Positions 39,780 to 48,540 of a stretch of 64,000 nucleotides of DNA are shown piece after piece. Each line of letters starts with the position of its first letter. Within the stretch, counting starts at the first letter, position 1. A program made the translations under genes and the position numbers. Location of the stretch: NCBI GenBank assembly GCA_963668645.2, contig CAXXWC010000019.1:1-64000 (forward strand), in the 5' to 3' direction. This DNA comes from Desulfobacterales bacterium. Its GTDB lineage: Bacteria > Desulfobacterota > Desulfobacteria > Desulfobacterales > UBA2174. Below the pieces are notes generated by a model. The model had not been told where the DNA came from, did no database searches, and was given only the letters and a program-made list of their open reading frames with translations.

Positions 39780-40004
39780 GGCAACGGTTCCTCCCGCCCC
39801 ACCCTTCCCACAAGGGATGGCGGTTGTCAAATCCGGGGGTGCCAATTGAAGGTTGCGGAGGTTTTCGATTGGGGTTATGAAGCGCGCATCGCCCATTTTG
39901 GCACCTCGCCGGGCGGTGCGCGCCGGTGCGGCGGCGACAAAGGATCTAAACTCTATCCTGCGCCCCGGCCGGCATCTTGTAGGGGCGCCGGCCAAGGAGG
40001 CAAT

Positions 40005-40700
40005 GTGTTCGGTACGTTGATCAACACTCTGGCCATTATTGCCGGCAGTCTGGCCGGAATCCTGCTGCGCGGCGGTCTGCCTGAAGCCTACCGCCTTACC
40101 GTGATCCAGGCGATCGGTCTGGCCGTGCTGCTCATCGGCCTGCGCGGGGCCTTTGGCACCGATGCCATCTTGCTGGTAATCTTCAGCCTTGCGGGCGGCG
40201 CGGTCATCGGGACGGCTTTGAAAATCGAAGAGCGGCTCGAGGGGCTGGGCAGCCTGCTGGAGCGGCGCCTGAGCCGCAGCGGGGAAGGGGTGGCCCGCGG
40301 ATTTGTCACCGCCAGTCTCGTGTTTTGCGTCGGTTCCATGGCCATCGTCGGCTCGCTGGAAAGCGGGCTGACCGGCAACCACCAGACCCTGCTGGCCAAG
40401 TCGGTCCTGGACGGGATCTCCTCGGTCGTGTTCGCCTCCACCTTCGGCATCGGGGTGATGTTCTCGGCGGTCTCGGTGTTCGTTTACCAGGGTCTGATCA
40501 CCCTGAGCGCCACTTTGGTCAAGCCGCTGCTCGTGCCTGAGGTCGTCTCCCAGATGTCGGCTGTCGGAGGGCTGCTGATCGCCGCCATCGGTTTCAACCT
40601 GCTCGACTTTCAGCGCCTGAGGGTGGGCAACATGCTGCCGGCCATCTTCGTGCCGCCGGTGTTCCACATCCTGCAAAAGGCGGTGCAGAACCTGTTTTGA
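40005..40700 (+). CDS. DUF554 family membrane protein
   Basis: GGAGG RBS and GTG start; GTLINTLAI, FCVGSMAIVG, KSVLDG, VGNMLPA. Confidence 0.88.
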   Translation: MFGTLINTLAIIAGSLAGILLRGGLPEAYRLTVIQAIGLAVLLIGLRGAFGTDAILLVIFSLAGGAVIGTALKIEERLEGLGSLLERRLSRSGEGVARGFVTASLVFCVGSMAIVGSLESGLTGNHQTLLAKSVLDGISSVVFASTFGIGVMFSAVSVFVYQGLITLSATLVKPLLVPEVVSQMSAVGGLLIAAIGFNLLDFQRLRVGNMLPAIFVPPVFHILQKAVQNLF

Positions 40701-40741
40701 CATCCCGCCGCTTCAATTTTTTGCGACGCACAGGAAGAGAC

Positions 40742-41911
40742 ATGTACATCTGCGCTTATCCGCATCGCCGGCAACTGATGCAAATCACCCAAAGATGGAT
40801 CTCGGACCGGCTGGAGGCCGACGATCCTGTCCAGATCACCCGAATTCTGACTTACGACAGCTTCGTCGCCTGGCACAGCATGGTCGACTTCGTCCAAGCC
40901 CTCACCCGGCGTCTCGGCCCCGGCCCGGAGGTGCACCGGCTTCCGCTCTACTCCAAAAAAGACCTGAAAGACTTCATCACCAGCCCCGTCGAACCGACTT
41001 CGGCCAGGGTCGCCGAATTGATCCGGACTTACCGCCGGACCCCGGAGTTTTTCTATGTGGGCTCTCCCATGGCCGGCTATCTCTTCCATGATCCCCGGGG
41101 CCGGGTCCTGAGCCTGTGCCGCTTCAAGCGGATCAAACGCATCGCCGAAAAGGCCAGCCGCTACGCAGCGCTCTATATGGGCGACTGCCTGCAGCGCAGC
41201 GCCGAAACCCTCGGCCTTGAGGCCGCCGGCGGAGGCCCCGGAGCCCTGCCGCTGGCCGGGGCCATGGCCGAAGCAGAACGGCGTCTAGCCAGTGAGATCC
41301 GCCAGGGGAGCTTTACCCTGCCACAGGAAAAGATGCAGATCCTGGACGTGGTGGGGGCCAAGATCATCGACCGGGGTTTCGGACCCGAAGGCCTTGAAGC
41401 GGCCATCGCCCAATGGCCCGGCGCCGCCATCCTGGAAAAGGAGATCCACCGGGGGGCCTACAACGCCATTCACTATACGGTGCGTCTGGATATCAACCCG
41501 CAAGCGGTCATCAAGGCCTTTTGCACTTCGCCGCACAAGGCCACCTACCGGCGCCGGGGGCTGACGGCCGGGGAAGGGAACGGCGACTTCGAAAAATTTC
41601 TGGCCACCGGCGCCGGCCATCTGAGCCTCGATTTGATCCTTACCACCTTCGAAGAGCTGATCGAGTCTGAAATCGGCCGCAGCATGCACGAAGCGCGCAT
41701 CTTTCGCCAGCGCCGGGAGGGGGCTGTTTACGGCAATATCCCGGTCAACATCGAGTACATCCTGGAATACCTGTTGGCCGTGGGGCTGAGCCCCGCCGTA
41801 CAGATCGACGAGATTCCCATCAAGATCTGGGGCCGCTACCTGCCCGACACCCTCAGCTTCTGCATCCAGCGCCTCTATGGAATCCCGGAGTTTTCCCTCA
41901 CCGAGGGATGA
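40742..41911 (+). CDS. hypothetical protein; probable divergent RelA/SpoT-synthetase-fold nucleotidyltransferase
   Basis: Host-like codon usage and an RBS-like AGGAAG. Ordered motifs RFK..KR...K, DVVGAK, YNAIH, DLILTT and SEIG...H (see findings). Confidence 0.6.
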   Translation: MYICAYPHRRQLMQITQRWISDRLEADDPVQITRILTYDSFVAWHSMVDFVQALTRRLGPGPEVHRLPLYSKKDLKDFITSPVEPTSARVAELIRTYRRTPEFFYVGSPMAGYLFHDPRGRVLSLCRFKRIKRIAEKASRYAALYMGDCLQRSAETLGLEAAGGGPGALPLAGAMAEAERRLASEIRQGSFTLPQEKMQILDVVGAKIIDRGFGPEGLEAAIAQWPGAAILEKEIHRGAYNAIHYTVRLDINPQAVIKAFCTSPHKATYRRRGLTAGEGNGDFEKFLATGAGHLSLDLILTTFEELIESEIGRSMHEARIFRQRREGAVYGNIPVNIEYILEYLLAVGLSPAVQIDEIPIKIWGRYLPDTLSFCIQRLYGIPEFSLTEG

Positions 41912-41919
41912 AGGTTCAA

Positions 41920-41974
41920 CTACCAGATATTGTGGATCGATACTGTTGACACACAAAATAACGGGGGCTATAGT
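41920..41974 (+). promoter_or_regulatory. NrdR-box-like site and sigma70 promoter
   Basis: CTACCAGATATTGTGG (41920-41935) fits acaCwAtATaTwGtg; TTGACA(41946)-17 bp-TATAGT(41969). Confidence 0.7.
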
Positions 41975-42023
41975 TGCCCCTGCATGACCGATCCGGTTAG
42001 CCAAACTTAGAAAGGAAACCGTT

Positions 42024-42383
42024 ATGAATACCCTGAGCGCCCGCCGCCTTCACGACCTTTTTGATGAAAATCCCCACCAGCAGACCCTTTGCTGGACCGG
42101 CCAGTGCCATGACTGCCAGGCCGGGGTGGAGATCACCGCCACGCCCCGCGCGGACGGGATTCACATTCAGGGCGGCGCAGTTTACGAACCGACCGAGGGC
42201 CGCTTCTATCTCAAATGCGACGCCTGCCACCGGGCCGAACCGGCGCTGCAAAACTTTCAACCCTGCGAAGTCTACAGCCGGGTTGTGGGCTACCTGCGCC
42301 CCGTGTCCCAGTGGAACGACGGCAAACAGGCCGAATTCGCCCTGCGCAAGACCTTCGACGCCAGCCTGGCCGAGGCGCGCTAA
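42024..42383 (+). CDS. stand-alone class III ribonucleotide reductase (NrdD)-type glycyl-radical domain with zinc ribbon
   Basis: CHDC...CDAC, then CEVYSRVVGYLRPVSQWNDGKQAEF, the NrdD C-terminal Gly-radical loop. Confidence 0.8.
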   Translation: MNTLSARRLHDLFDENPHQQTLCWTGQCHDCQAGVEITATPRADGIHIQGGAVYEPTEGRFYLKCDACHRAEPALQNFQPCEVYSRVVGYLRPVSQWNDGKQAEFALRKTFDASLAEAR

Positions 42384-42393
42384 AGGCAAGCGA

Positions 42394-43125
42394 TTAGGCC
42401 GCTGGCCCACCGCTGCAGCGCACCACGATCTCTTCCAGCGGGATATCGGCACCCGAAGCCTCCAGGGCTTTCTTGACGATCCGTTCGAGCCCTGCGCAGC
42501 AGGGTACCTCCATGCGCAGCAGGGTCACGCTGCGGATTGCGGCGCTGCGGAAAATGGCGCTGATGCGGGCGATGTAGTCGGCCGCATCGTCGAACTTGGG
42601 GCATCCCATCAACACGGCCCGGCCCGGCAGAAAATCCTGGTGCAGGTTGGCCGCCGCCACCGCGGCGCAATCGGCCAGCACCAGCAGGTCGGCGTTTTTC
42701 AGAAACGGCGCATGGGGGGGAACCAGGCGGATCTGAATCGGCCAGTGGCCCAGGGCCCCGGATCGGGTCGGACCGGCCAGAGCCCGGGGAGCGTTGGCCT
42801 GGGCGCAGGCATCGGCCGGAGCGAAAATCCGGATCCCGGCCGACGGGCAGGTTCCGGAAGGCGGCGCGGGCTTTTCCCCAAGGCGTTCCAAATGGACCTC
42901 CACCGCCGTCTCGTCGAATTCGTCGGCCTCCCGTTCAACGATGTGCAAGGCCCCGCGGGGGCATTCGCCCAGGCAGGCCCCCAGCCCGTCGCAAAGATTT
43001 TCGGCCACCACCTTCGCCTTGCCGTCGATGACCTGCAGCGAGCCCTCGGCGCAGGACGGCACGCAGAGCCCGCACCCGTCGCATTTTTCCTCGTCGATTT
43101 GGATGATCTTGCGCATCACTTTCAT
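42394..43125 (-). CDS. 2x[4Fe-4S] ferredoxin-domain protein of hcp clusters
   Basis: CDGCGLCVPSC and CDGLGACLGECP, then WPIQI, ADC, GCPKFD, MEVPCC. Confidence 0.85.
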   Translation of the reverse strand: MKVMRKIIQIDEEKCDGCGLCVPSCAEGSLQVIDGKAKVVAENLCDGLGACLGECPRGALHIVEREADEFDETAVEVHLERLGEKPAPPSGTCPSAGIRIFAPADACAQANAPRALAGPTRSGALGHWPIQIRLVPPHAPFLKNADLLVLADCAAVAAANLHQDFLPGRAVLMGCPKFDDAADYIARISAIFRSAAIRSVTLLRMEVPCCAGLERIVKKALEASGADIPLEEIVVRCSGGPAA

Positions 43126-43201
43126 TGTTCCGTCCTTTCCGGGCCGGGGCCTTGCTGAGCGGGATCCGGAGCCCGGCGGCACGGATCCCGGAATTTGAGG
43201 T

Positions 43202-43861
43202 TCAAGCGCCGGATCCGGGCCGCCCATCGGCCAAGGCCCGGCCGGTGGCCGTGAAAAAATCGGCCTGCACCGCCGCCGGGCCGGCCGTATCCAGGTCCGC
43301 CAGGCGCCGGGCATCAAGAATGATGGCCACGGTCGCGTCGGCATGGGCCTTTTCTTCGGCCAGCGCCGCCATCACTTCCGTGACCGCCTTGACCAACTCT
43401 TCCCCGGCCCCCAGACGCCCGAGAATCTCCCGGGCCGCCGATGCGTCGCCCGGCGCCGATCCGGTTTCGCTCAGATAAGCCGCCACCAGGGCCACGGCCG
43501 GATTGGCGCCTTCCGCCTTGGCGATCCGTTCCACATACCGGGCCGTGCGGGTCGCCCGGCCGATGCGCGCAAAATCGGTCTTGAAGTAGTGCTTCATCTC
43601 CACGGCCACCCGGTCCTTGAGCAGGTTTTCCTGGTGGGCCAGGGCCTCGGGCGGCAGGTTGCCGATGCACTGCTCGGCGAAGGGGCAGTAGGCGGCGCAG
43701 CCGAAATCGAGCCTGGGGTTGACGAAACGGTGCCCGCAGTGGGCGCAGCGGCGGGACGGGTCGTCCTTGAAAAATTCCACCTTCCGGCCGCAGGCGGGGC
43801 AGTCCACCTCGTAGACGGCTCCCGGTTTCCAGTACTGCGTGTCTTGTCCGGGACATTTCAT
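43202..43861 (-). CDS. Cys-rich zinc-ribbon protein with degenerate HD-like domain
   Basis: MKCPGQD, CPAC, CAHC, GCAAYCPFAEQC, followed by a helical HD-like region; AGGAGG RBS. Confidence 0.7.
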   Translation of the reverse strand: MKCPGQDTQYWKPGAVYEVDCPACGRKVEFFKDDPSRRCAHCGHRFVNPRLDFGCAAYCPFAEQCIGNLPPEALAHQENLLKDRVAVEMKHYFKTDFARIGRATRTARYVERIAKAEGANPAVALVAAYLSETGSAPGDASAAREILGRLGAGEELVKAVTEVMAALAEEKAHADATVAIILDARRLADLDTAGPAAVQADFFTATGRALADGRPGSGA

Positions 43862-43936
43862 GGCCGGCTCCTCCTTTTCACGCCCTCGCTTGCGGGGAGG
43901 CCGCAGGCCTCCCCGGTTCGACCCCCTGTCGATGGC

Positions 43937-45565
43937 CTATCCCAGGATCGCTTTGAGGTCGTTTTCGGGCGTCGAGATCGGCATAATATTGAAGTGCTTG
44001 ACCAGCACGTCAAGCACGTTGGGCGACACGAAGGCCGGCAGGATCGGCCCCAGCCGGATGTCGCGGATTCCCAGGTGCAGCAGGGTCAGCAGGATGGCCA
44101 CGGCCTTTTGCTCGTACCAGCTGAGAACCATTGAAAGCGGCAGCTCGTTGACCGAGCATCCGAAGGCCTCTGCCAGGGCCACGGCGATCTTGACCGCCGA
44201 GTAGGCATCGTTGCACTGGCCCACGTCGAGCAGGCGCGGGATACCGCCGATATCGCCCAGGTCCTTGTCGAAGAAGCGGAACTTGCCGCAGGCCAGGGTC
44301 AGCACGACACAGTCGGCCGGTATCTGCTCCACCAGCCGGGTGTAGTAATCGCGTCCCGGCTTGGCGCCGTCACAGCCGCCCACGAGGAAAAAATGCCGGA
44401 TGGCCTTCTCCTTGACGGCCGCGATGACCTTGTCGGCCACGCCCAGTACGGCGTTGCGGGCAAAACCGACCATGACCGTCTTGCCGGGCTGGTCCGCGGC
44501 AAAGCCGGGCATGGCCAGAGCTTTTTCGATCACCGGGGTGAAATCTTTATCCGCGATGTGGCGCACCCCGGGCCATCCCACCAGGCCGGTGGTGAAAATC
44601 CGGTCCTGGTAGGTCTCGCGCGGCTTCTGGATGCAGTTGGTCGTCATGAGGATCGCTCCGGGAAAGGCATCGAACTCCCGGGCCTGGTTCTGCCAGGCGG
44701 TGCCGTAGTGGCCGTAGAAATGGGGGTGTTTTTTCAGCGCGGGGTACCCGTGGCAGGGGAGCATCTCGCCGTGGGTATAGACGTTGATCCCCTTGCCGGC
44801 GCTCTGCTTGAGAATCTCTTCCAGATCCTTCAGATCGTGGCCCGAGACCAGAATGGCCTTGCCGGCCTTGGGGCCCAAAGGCACGGCGGTGGGCACCGGG
44901 TGGCCGTAAGTGCCGGTGTTGCCCGCGTCCAACAGTTCCATGGCCCGCAAATTGACCTCGCCGCAGCGCAGGGCCAATCCCACCAGGTCGTGCACCGTCT
45001 TTCGGCCGTCGAGGGTGACGGCCATGGCTTCGTAGATGAACCCCTCCACCGCCGGGTCGCTCTGGCCCAGGATGCGGGCGTGGTCCGCATAGGCCGCCAC
45101 CCCCTTGGTCCCGTAAACGACCAGCTCGCGCAGACAGCGAATGTCCTGATCCAGATCGGCCTCGGCCATGATGCCCACCGTTTGGCCCTGGGCCACCAAC
45201 CCCGCCAGAGTGCCGGCCGGCTGAAAATCGGCGGCTGCATGGTCGAAGTCCATCCCGGCACCGGCCGCAGCCAGACGCTGTTTGAGGTCTTCGCGCCGCC
45301 GCACCGCTTCCCGGACCAGGGGCTCGAAGCGCTGGGGATCGAAATCGACGTTGGTCAGGGTGGAAAAGATCGCCTCACAGGTGAACTTGTCGGTGGCCTC
45401 GTCCCGGATTCCGGCCATGCGGGCCGCATGGGCCGCCAGGCTCAGGCCCTTGACGGCGTAGATCAGCAGATCCTGGAGCGCCGCCACTTCCGGCTGCTTG
45501 CCGCAAACTCCGATATTGGTGCACCCTTCGCCCTTGGCCGTCTGTTCGCACTGGAAACAAAACAT
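43937..45565 (-). CDS. hcp: hybrid cluster protein (hydroxylamine reductase)
   Basis: MFCFQCEQTA...GC...GVCGK, SGHDL, YTHGEMLP, TTNC, GGCDG, LACGK, GQCNDAY, SWYEQKA. Confidence 0.97.
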   Translation of the reverse strand: MFCFQCEQTAKGEGCTNIGVCGKQPEVAALQDLLIYAVKGLSLAAHAARMAGIRDEATDKFTCEAIFSTLTNVDFDPQRFEPLVREAVRRREDLKQRLAAAGAGMDFDHAAADFQPAGTLAGLVAQGQTVGIMAEADLDQDIRCLRELVVYGTKGVAAYADHARILGQSDPAVEGFIYEAMAVTLDGRKTVHDLVGLALRCGEVNLRAMELLDAGNTGTYGHPVPTAVPLGPKAGKAILVSGHDLKDLEEILKQSAGKGINVYTHGEMLPCHGYPALKKHPHFYGHYGTAWQNQAREFDAFPGAILMTTNCIQKPRETYQDRIFTTGLVGWPGVRHIADKDFTPVIEKALAMPGFAADQPGKTVMVGFARNAVLGVADKVIAAVKEKAIRHFFLVGGCDGAKPGRDYYTRLVEQIPADCVVLTLACGKFRFFDKDLGDIGGIPRLLDVGQCNDAYSAVKIAVALAEAFGCSVNELPLSMVLSWYEQKAVAILLTLLHLGIRDIRLGPILPAFVSPNVLDVLVKHFNIMPISTPENDLKAILG

Positions 45566-45661
45566 GGTATACCTCCTTTGTCGGTGATGCCGGTGCCCCT
45601 TGGCGGGGCGTTGGATTAACGCGCTGTTGACCCCCACCTTAAGACCCCCGGCGGCGTGAGT

Positions 45662-45679
45662 CCTTGACCTAGATCAAGG
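45662..45679. promoter_or_regulatory. Crp/Fnr-type (HcpR) binding site between hcp and hcpR
   Basis: CCTTGAC-CTAG-ATCAAGG fits TTGAY-N4-ATCAA. Confidence 0.8.
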
Positions 45680-45712
45680 CCGGTGCAATTTTTTTAAAAA
45701 AGGAAGCCCGCC

Positions 45713-46408
45713 ATGACACCATCGATTCGCGCCACCCTGGCCGCCACGCCGCTGTTCGAAGGCCTGGAGGCCGAACAGATATCCGATCTTGCCGCCATCG
45801 CCGTGCAGCGGCGCCTGGAGCGCGGCCGGCGCATCTTCGAGGAGGGGGATGAAGCGAGCGGTCTTTACATCGTGGCCGCCGGCCGGGTGAAGATTTTCAA
45901 AACCGGCCCCGAGGGCAAGGAGCAGATCCTGCACGTCTTCGGTCCCGGGCAGCCGTTCGGGGAAGTGCCGGTCTTTGCCGGCCAGCGCTTCCCGGCCAGC
46001 GCCCTGGCCCTGGATGACTGCCGCTTGATCTACCTGCCCCGCGCCGCCTTCGTACGGCTGATCAGCGGCCAGCCGCCCCTGGCCCTCAACATGCTCGCCG
46101 TGCTCTCGCGCCGGTTGCGCGAATTCACCGTGCAGATCGAAAATCTGGCGTTAAAGGAGGTCCCGGCCCGGCTGGCCGCCTACCTGCTCGCCCTGGCGGC
46201 GGAACAAAAGAGCCCCGAGCGGGTCGAGCTGCATATCACCAAGGCGATGCTGGCCAACATCCTGGGCACCATTCCGGAAACCCTGTCGCGGATCCTGGGC
46301 AAGATGTCCGGCCAGGGATTGATCCGGGTGGACAACCGGGAAATCGCCCTGCTGGACAGGGCAGGTCTGAAAGATTTGGCCAAACGGGGGCGGATCGCGG
46401 CGGATTGA
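45713..46408 (+). CDS. hcpR: Crp/Fnr family regulator (HcpR-like)
   Basis: cNMP-binding fold (GRVKI...GKEQIL...FGE), HTH LGTIPETLSR; divergent from hcp. Confidence 0.85.
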   Translation: MTPSIRATLAATPLFEGLEAEQISDLAAIAVQRRLERGRRIFEEGDEASGLYIVAAGRVKIFKTGPEGKEQILHVFGPGQPFGEVPVFAGQRFPASALALDDCRLIYLPRAAFVRLISGQPPLALNMLAVLSRRLREFTVQIENLALKEVPARLAAYLLALAAEQKSPERVELHITKAMLANILGTIPETLSRILGKMSGQGLIRVDNREIALLDRAGLKDLAKRGRIAAD

Positions 46409-46471
46409 CTCTCTGCGTCACACAGTTGCGGATAAAATCCGCTCCCACAGCCCAAAGGGCATCCGGCTGCG

Positions 46472-47365
46472 TTAGCCTTCTTTTTGCGCAGCCAGCAGGC
46501 GTATCAGGTCCTTGCCCTGGGCCTCGTCGATGTGGCCGCCCCGGCGGGCCACGGCCACCGTGGCCAGACCCAAGGCGCGGTAAAGGGGCAGAGAGTCCGG
46601 ATTCAGCCGGCCGACGGCGGCCATATGATCAGCTATGGTCTGGCTGTCACCGCGGGCCACGGGGCCTGTGAGGGCCGCTGCCGGCCCGCTTCTGCGCACA
46701 TTGGCCAGGGTCCCGTCGATGAGCGGCCCCATCACGTCGGGGGCGTCTTCGGGAGGTACCCCGGCTTCGGCCAAGAGTGCAAAGGATAGATCGAGCAACG
46801 TGACCAGATAGTTTGAAGCCACCACGGCCGCGGCGTGGTAGAGGGTCTTGGCACCGGTGCGGATCCGGTGGCAGCGGGCTTTCAAATCGGCGCTGACGGC
46901 CTCGGCCAGCGCCAGCGCCGGCCCGTCGCCTTCCACCGAGATGATGATCCCCTGAAACGGGTCATGATCCGTGCTGGTTGCCGCAAAGCTTTGCAGCGGG
47001 TGGATCGAACCGATGTGTGCCCCGGCCTCCCGGGCAGGGGCGAGGATGGTGGACGGCAGCGCGCCGCTGCAGTGCAGCACCACAGTGCCCGGCGCAAATC
47101 CGCCGCGGCGGGCCGTTTCCCGGCAGACTCCGGCGATGGCGTCGTCCGGAGTGGTGATGAAGACGATCTGCGCCGCTAGGGTGACCTGCTCCGGCCGTTC
47201 GGAGAGCAGGGCCGGGGCCTGTAAGAATGCCGCTGCCGCCTCGGCCGAGGCCAGGCGGAGACTTGCCAGCCCGGCCACTGTGTAGCCGGCGCGCTCCAGA
47301 TAGAGGGCCAGGGCCGTGCCCACCCGGCCGCATCCGATAATGGCGATCTTGGGTTTGGGGTTCAT
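46472..47365 (-). CDS. Rossmann-like / DUF2520 protein (PanG-type ketopantoate reductase candidate)
   Basis: IIGCGRVG, TTPDDAI, HCSGA, HPLQSF, YHAAAVVASN, ALTGPVARGD; directly downstream of panB. Confidence 0.85.
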   Translation of the reverse strand: MNPKPKIAIIGCGRVGTALALYLERAGYTVAGLASLRLASAEAAAAFLQAPALLSERPEQVTLAAQIVFITTPDDAIAGVCRETARRGGFAPGTVVLHCSGALPSTILAPAREAGAHIGSIHPLQSFAATSTDHDPFQGIIISVEGDGPALALAEAVSADLKARCHRIRTGAKTLYHAAAVVASNYLVTLLDLSFALLAEAGVPPEDAPDVMGPLIDGTLANVRRSGPAAALTGPVARGDSQTIADHMAAVGRLNPDSLPLYRALGLATVAVARRGGHIDEAQGKDLIRLLAAQKEG

Positions 47366-47375
47366 GGCTCAAAAT

Positions 47376-48164
47376 TCAGTAGCAGTGCTCCGGTCCGGGA
47401 AACTGCCCTCCCTGGACTTCGGCGGCGTATTGGCGCAGGGCTTCGCCGGCCTGTTCCCCCAGCCGGGTGTAAGTCTTGACGAATTTGGGTACATGGCGCT
47501 CGTTGAGGCCCAAAAGGTCGTGAATCACCAGGATCTGCCCGTCGCAGTGCGGGCCGGCGCCGATGCCGATGGTGGGAATCCTGAGCCGGGCGGTTATCCT
47601 GGCCGCGATGTCGGCCGGGATTCCCTCCAGGACCACGGAAAAGGCCCCGGCAGCCTCCACCTCTTTTGCGTCGGCCAGCAGGCGATCTTCGTCGCGCTGG
47701 ACCCTGAAGCCGCCCATCTGGTGGACCGACTGGGGCGTAAGACCGATATGGGCCTGAACCGGAATCCCGGCGGCGGTCATGGCGCGGATGCATTCGCTTA
47801 CCGCGGCGCCGCCTTCCAGCTTCACCGCCATGGCCCCGGCCTCCTTCAAAAAGCGGCCGGCATTGGCCACCGCCTCGGCCACCGTGGCCTGGTAGCTCAT
47901 AAAGGGCATGTCGCCCACCACCATGGCGCGGGCTGCGGCCCGGGACACCAGGCGGGTATGGTAGACCATTTCGTCCATGGTCACCGGCAGGGTGCTGGTG
48001 CGGCCCTGGACCACCATCGCCAGGGAATCGCCCACCAGAATCATGTCGATACCGGCCTGATCCACCAGGCAGGCGAAGGGATAGTCGTAGGCCGTCAAGG
48101 CTGTGATCTTGCGTCCTTCGGCCTTCATGCGCAGCAGGCTGGTCACCGTCACGGGGCTGGACAT
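47376..48164 (-). CDS. panB: 3-methyl-2-oxobutanoate hydroxymethyltransferase
   Basis: LTAYDY, LVGDSL, DMPFMSY, VKLEGG, HIGLTPQ, IGIGAG..CDGQILV. Confidence 0.97.
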   Translation of the reverse strand: MSSPVTVTSLLRMKAEGRKITALTAYDYPFACLVDQAGIDMILVGDSLAMVVQGRTSTLPVTMDEMVYHTRLVSRAAARAMVVGDMPFMSYQATVAEAVANAGRFLKEAGAMAVKLEGGAAVSECIRAMTAAGIPVQAHIGLTPQSVHQMGGFRVQRDEDRLLADAKEVEAAGAFSVVLEGIPADIAARITARLRIPTIGIGAGPHCDGQILVIHDLLGLNERHVPKFVKTYTRLGEQAGEALRQYAAEVQGGQFPGPEHCY

Positions 48165-48540
48165 GGTTGAACTCCCTTAATCAAAAATCCTCGAATGAAC
48201 CGGTTGGTGCTGCAACCATTTTGATTTGATATGAAATTCCCATTCGTTGCATCATATCTGATGTGAGGCGCACGATAATCGATCAGGGGCCGATTGTCCA
48301 CCCTGATCGGGGTCCGGCATGCCGGCGATCCTGAATCGGCGACGCCGGAGTCTTGGCAGGGTGAACCCAAACACCGTCTATTTGGCAATCCGGAACGATA
48401 GATGTGCGGATTTATAGCGACTCTTGCCAAATCTCAAAAGGATCTTGACGATAACTCCCTGCCTGATCTAAAAGGGTTGGTTTATGCTAACGGAACCCCG
48501 ATCCGGCCGGATCGGTGTCGTTATGGAAAGATGATAAGAA

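Noticed and set aside
39150..40703. Two fully overlapping ~515-aa antiparallel ORFs
   Set aside because: They resolve into divergent genes (flavodoxin-like 39156-39779 minus; DUF554 40005-40700 plus) extended by GC-rich stop-free shadows.
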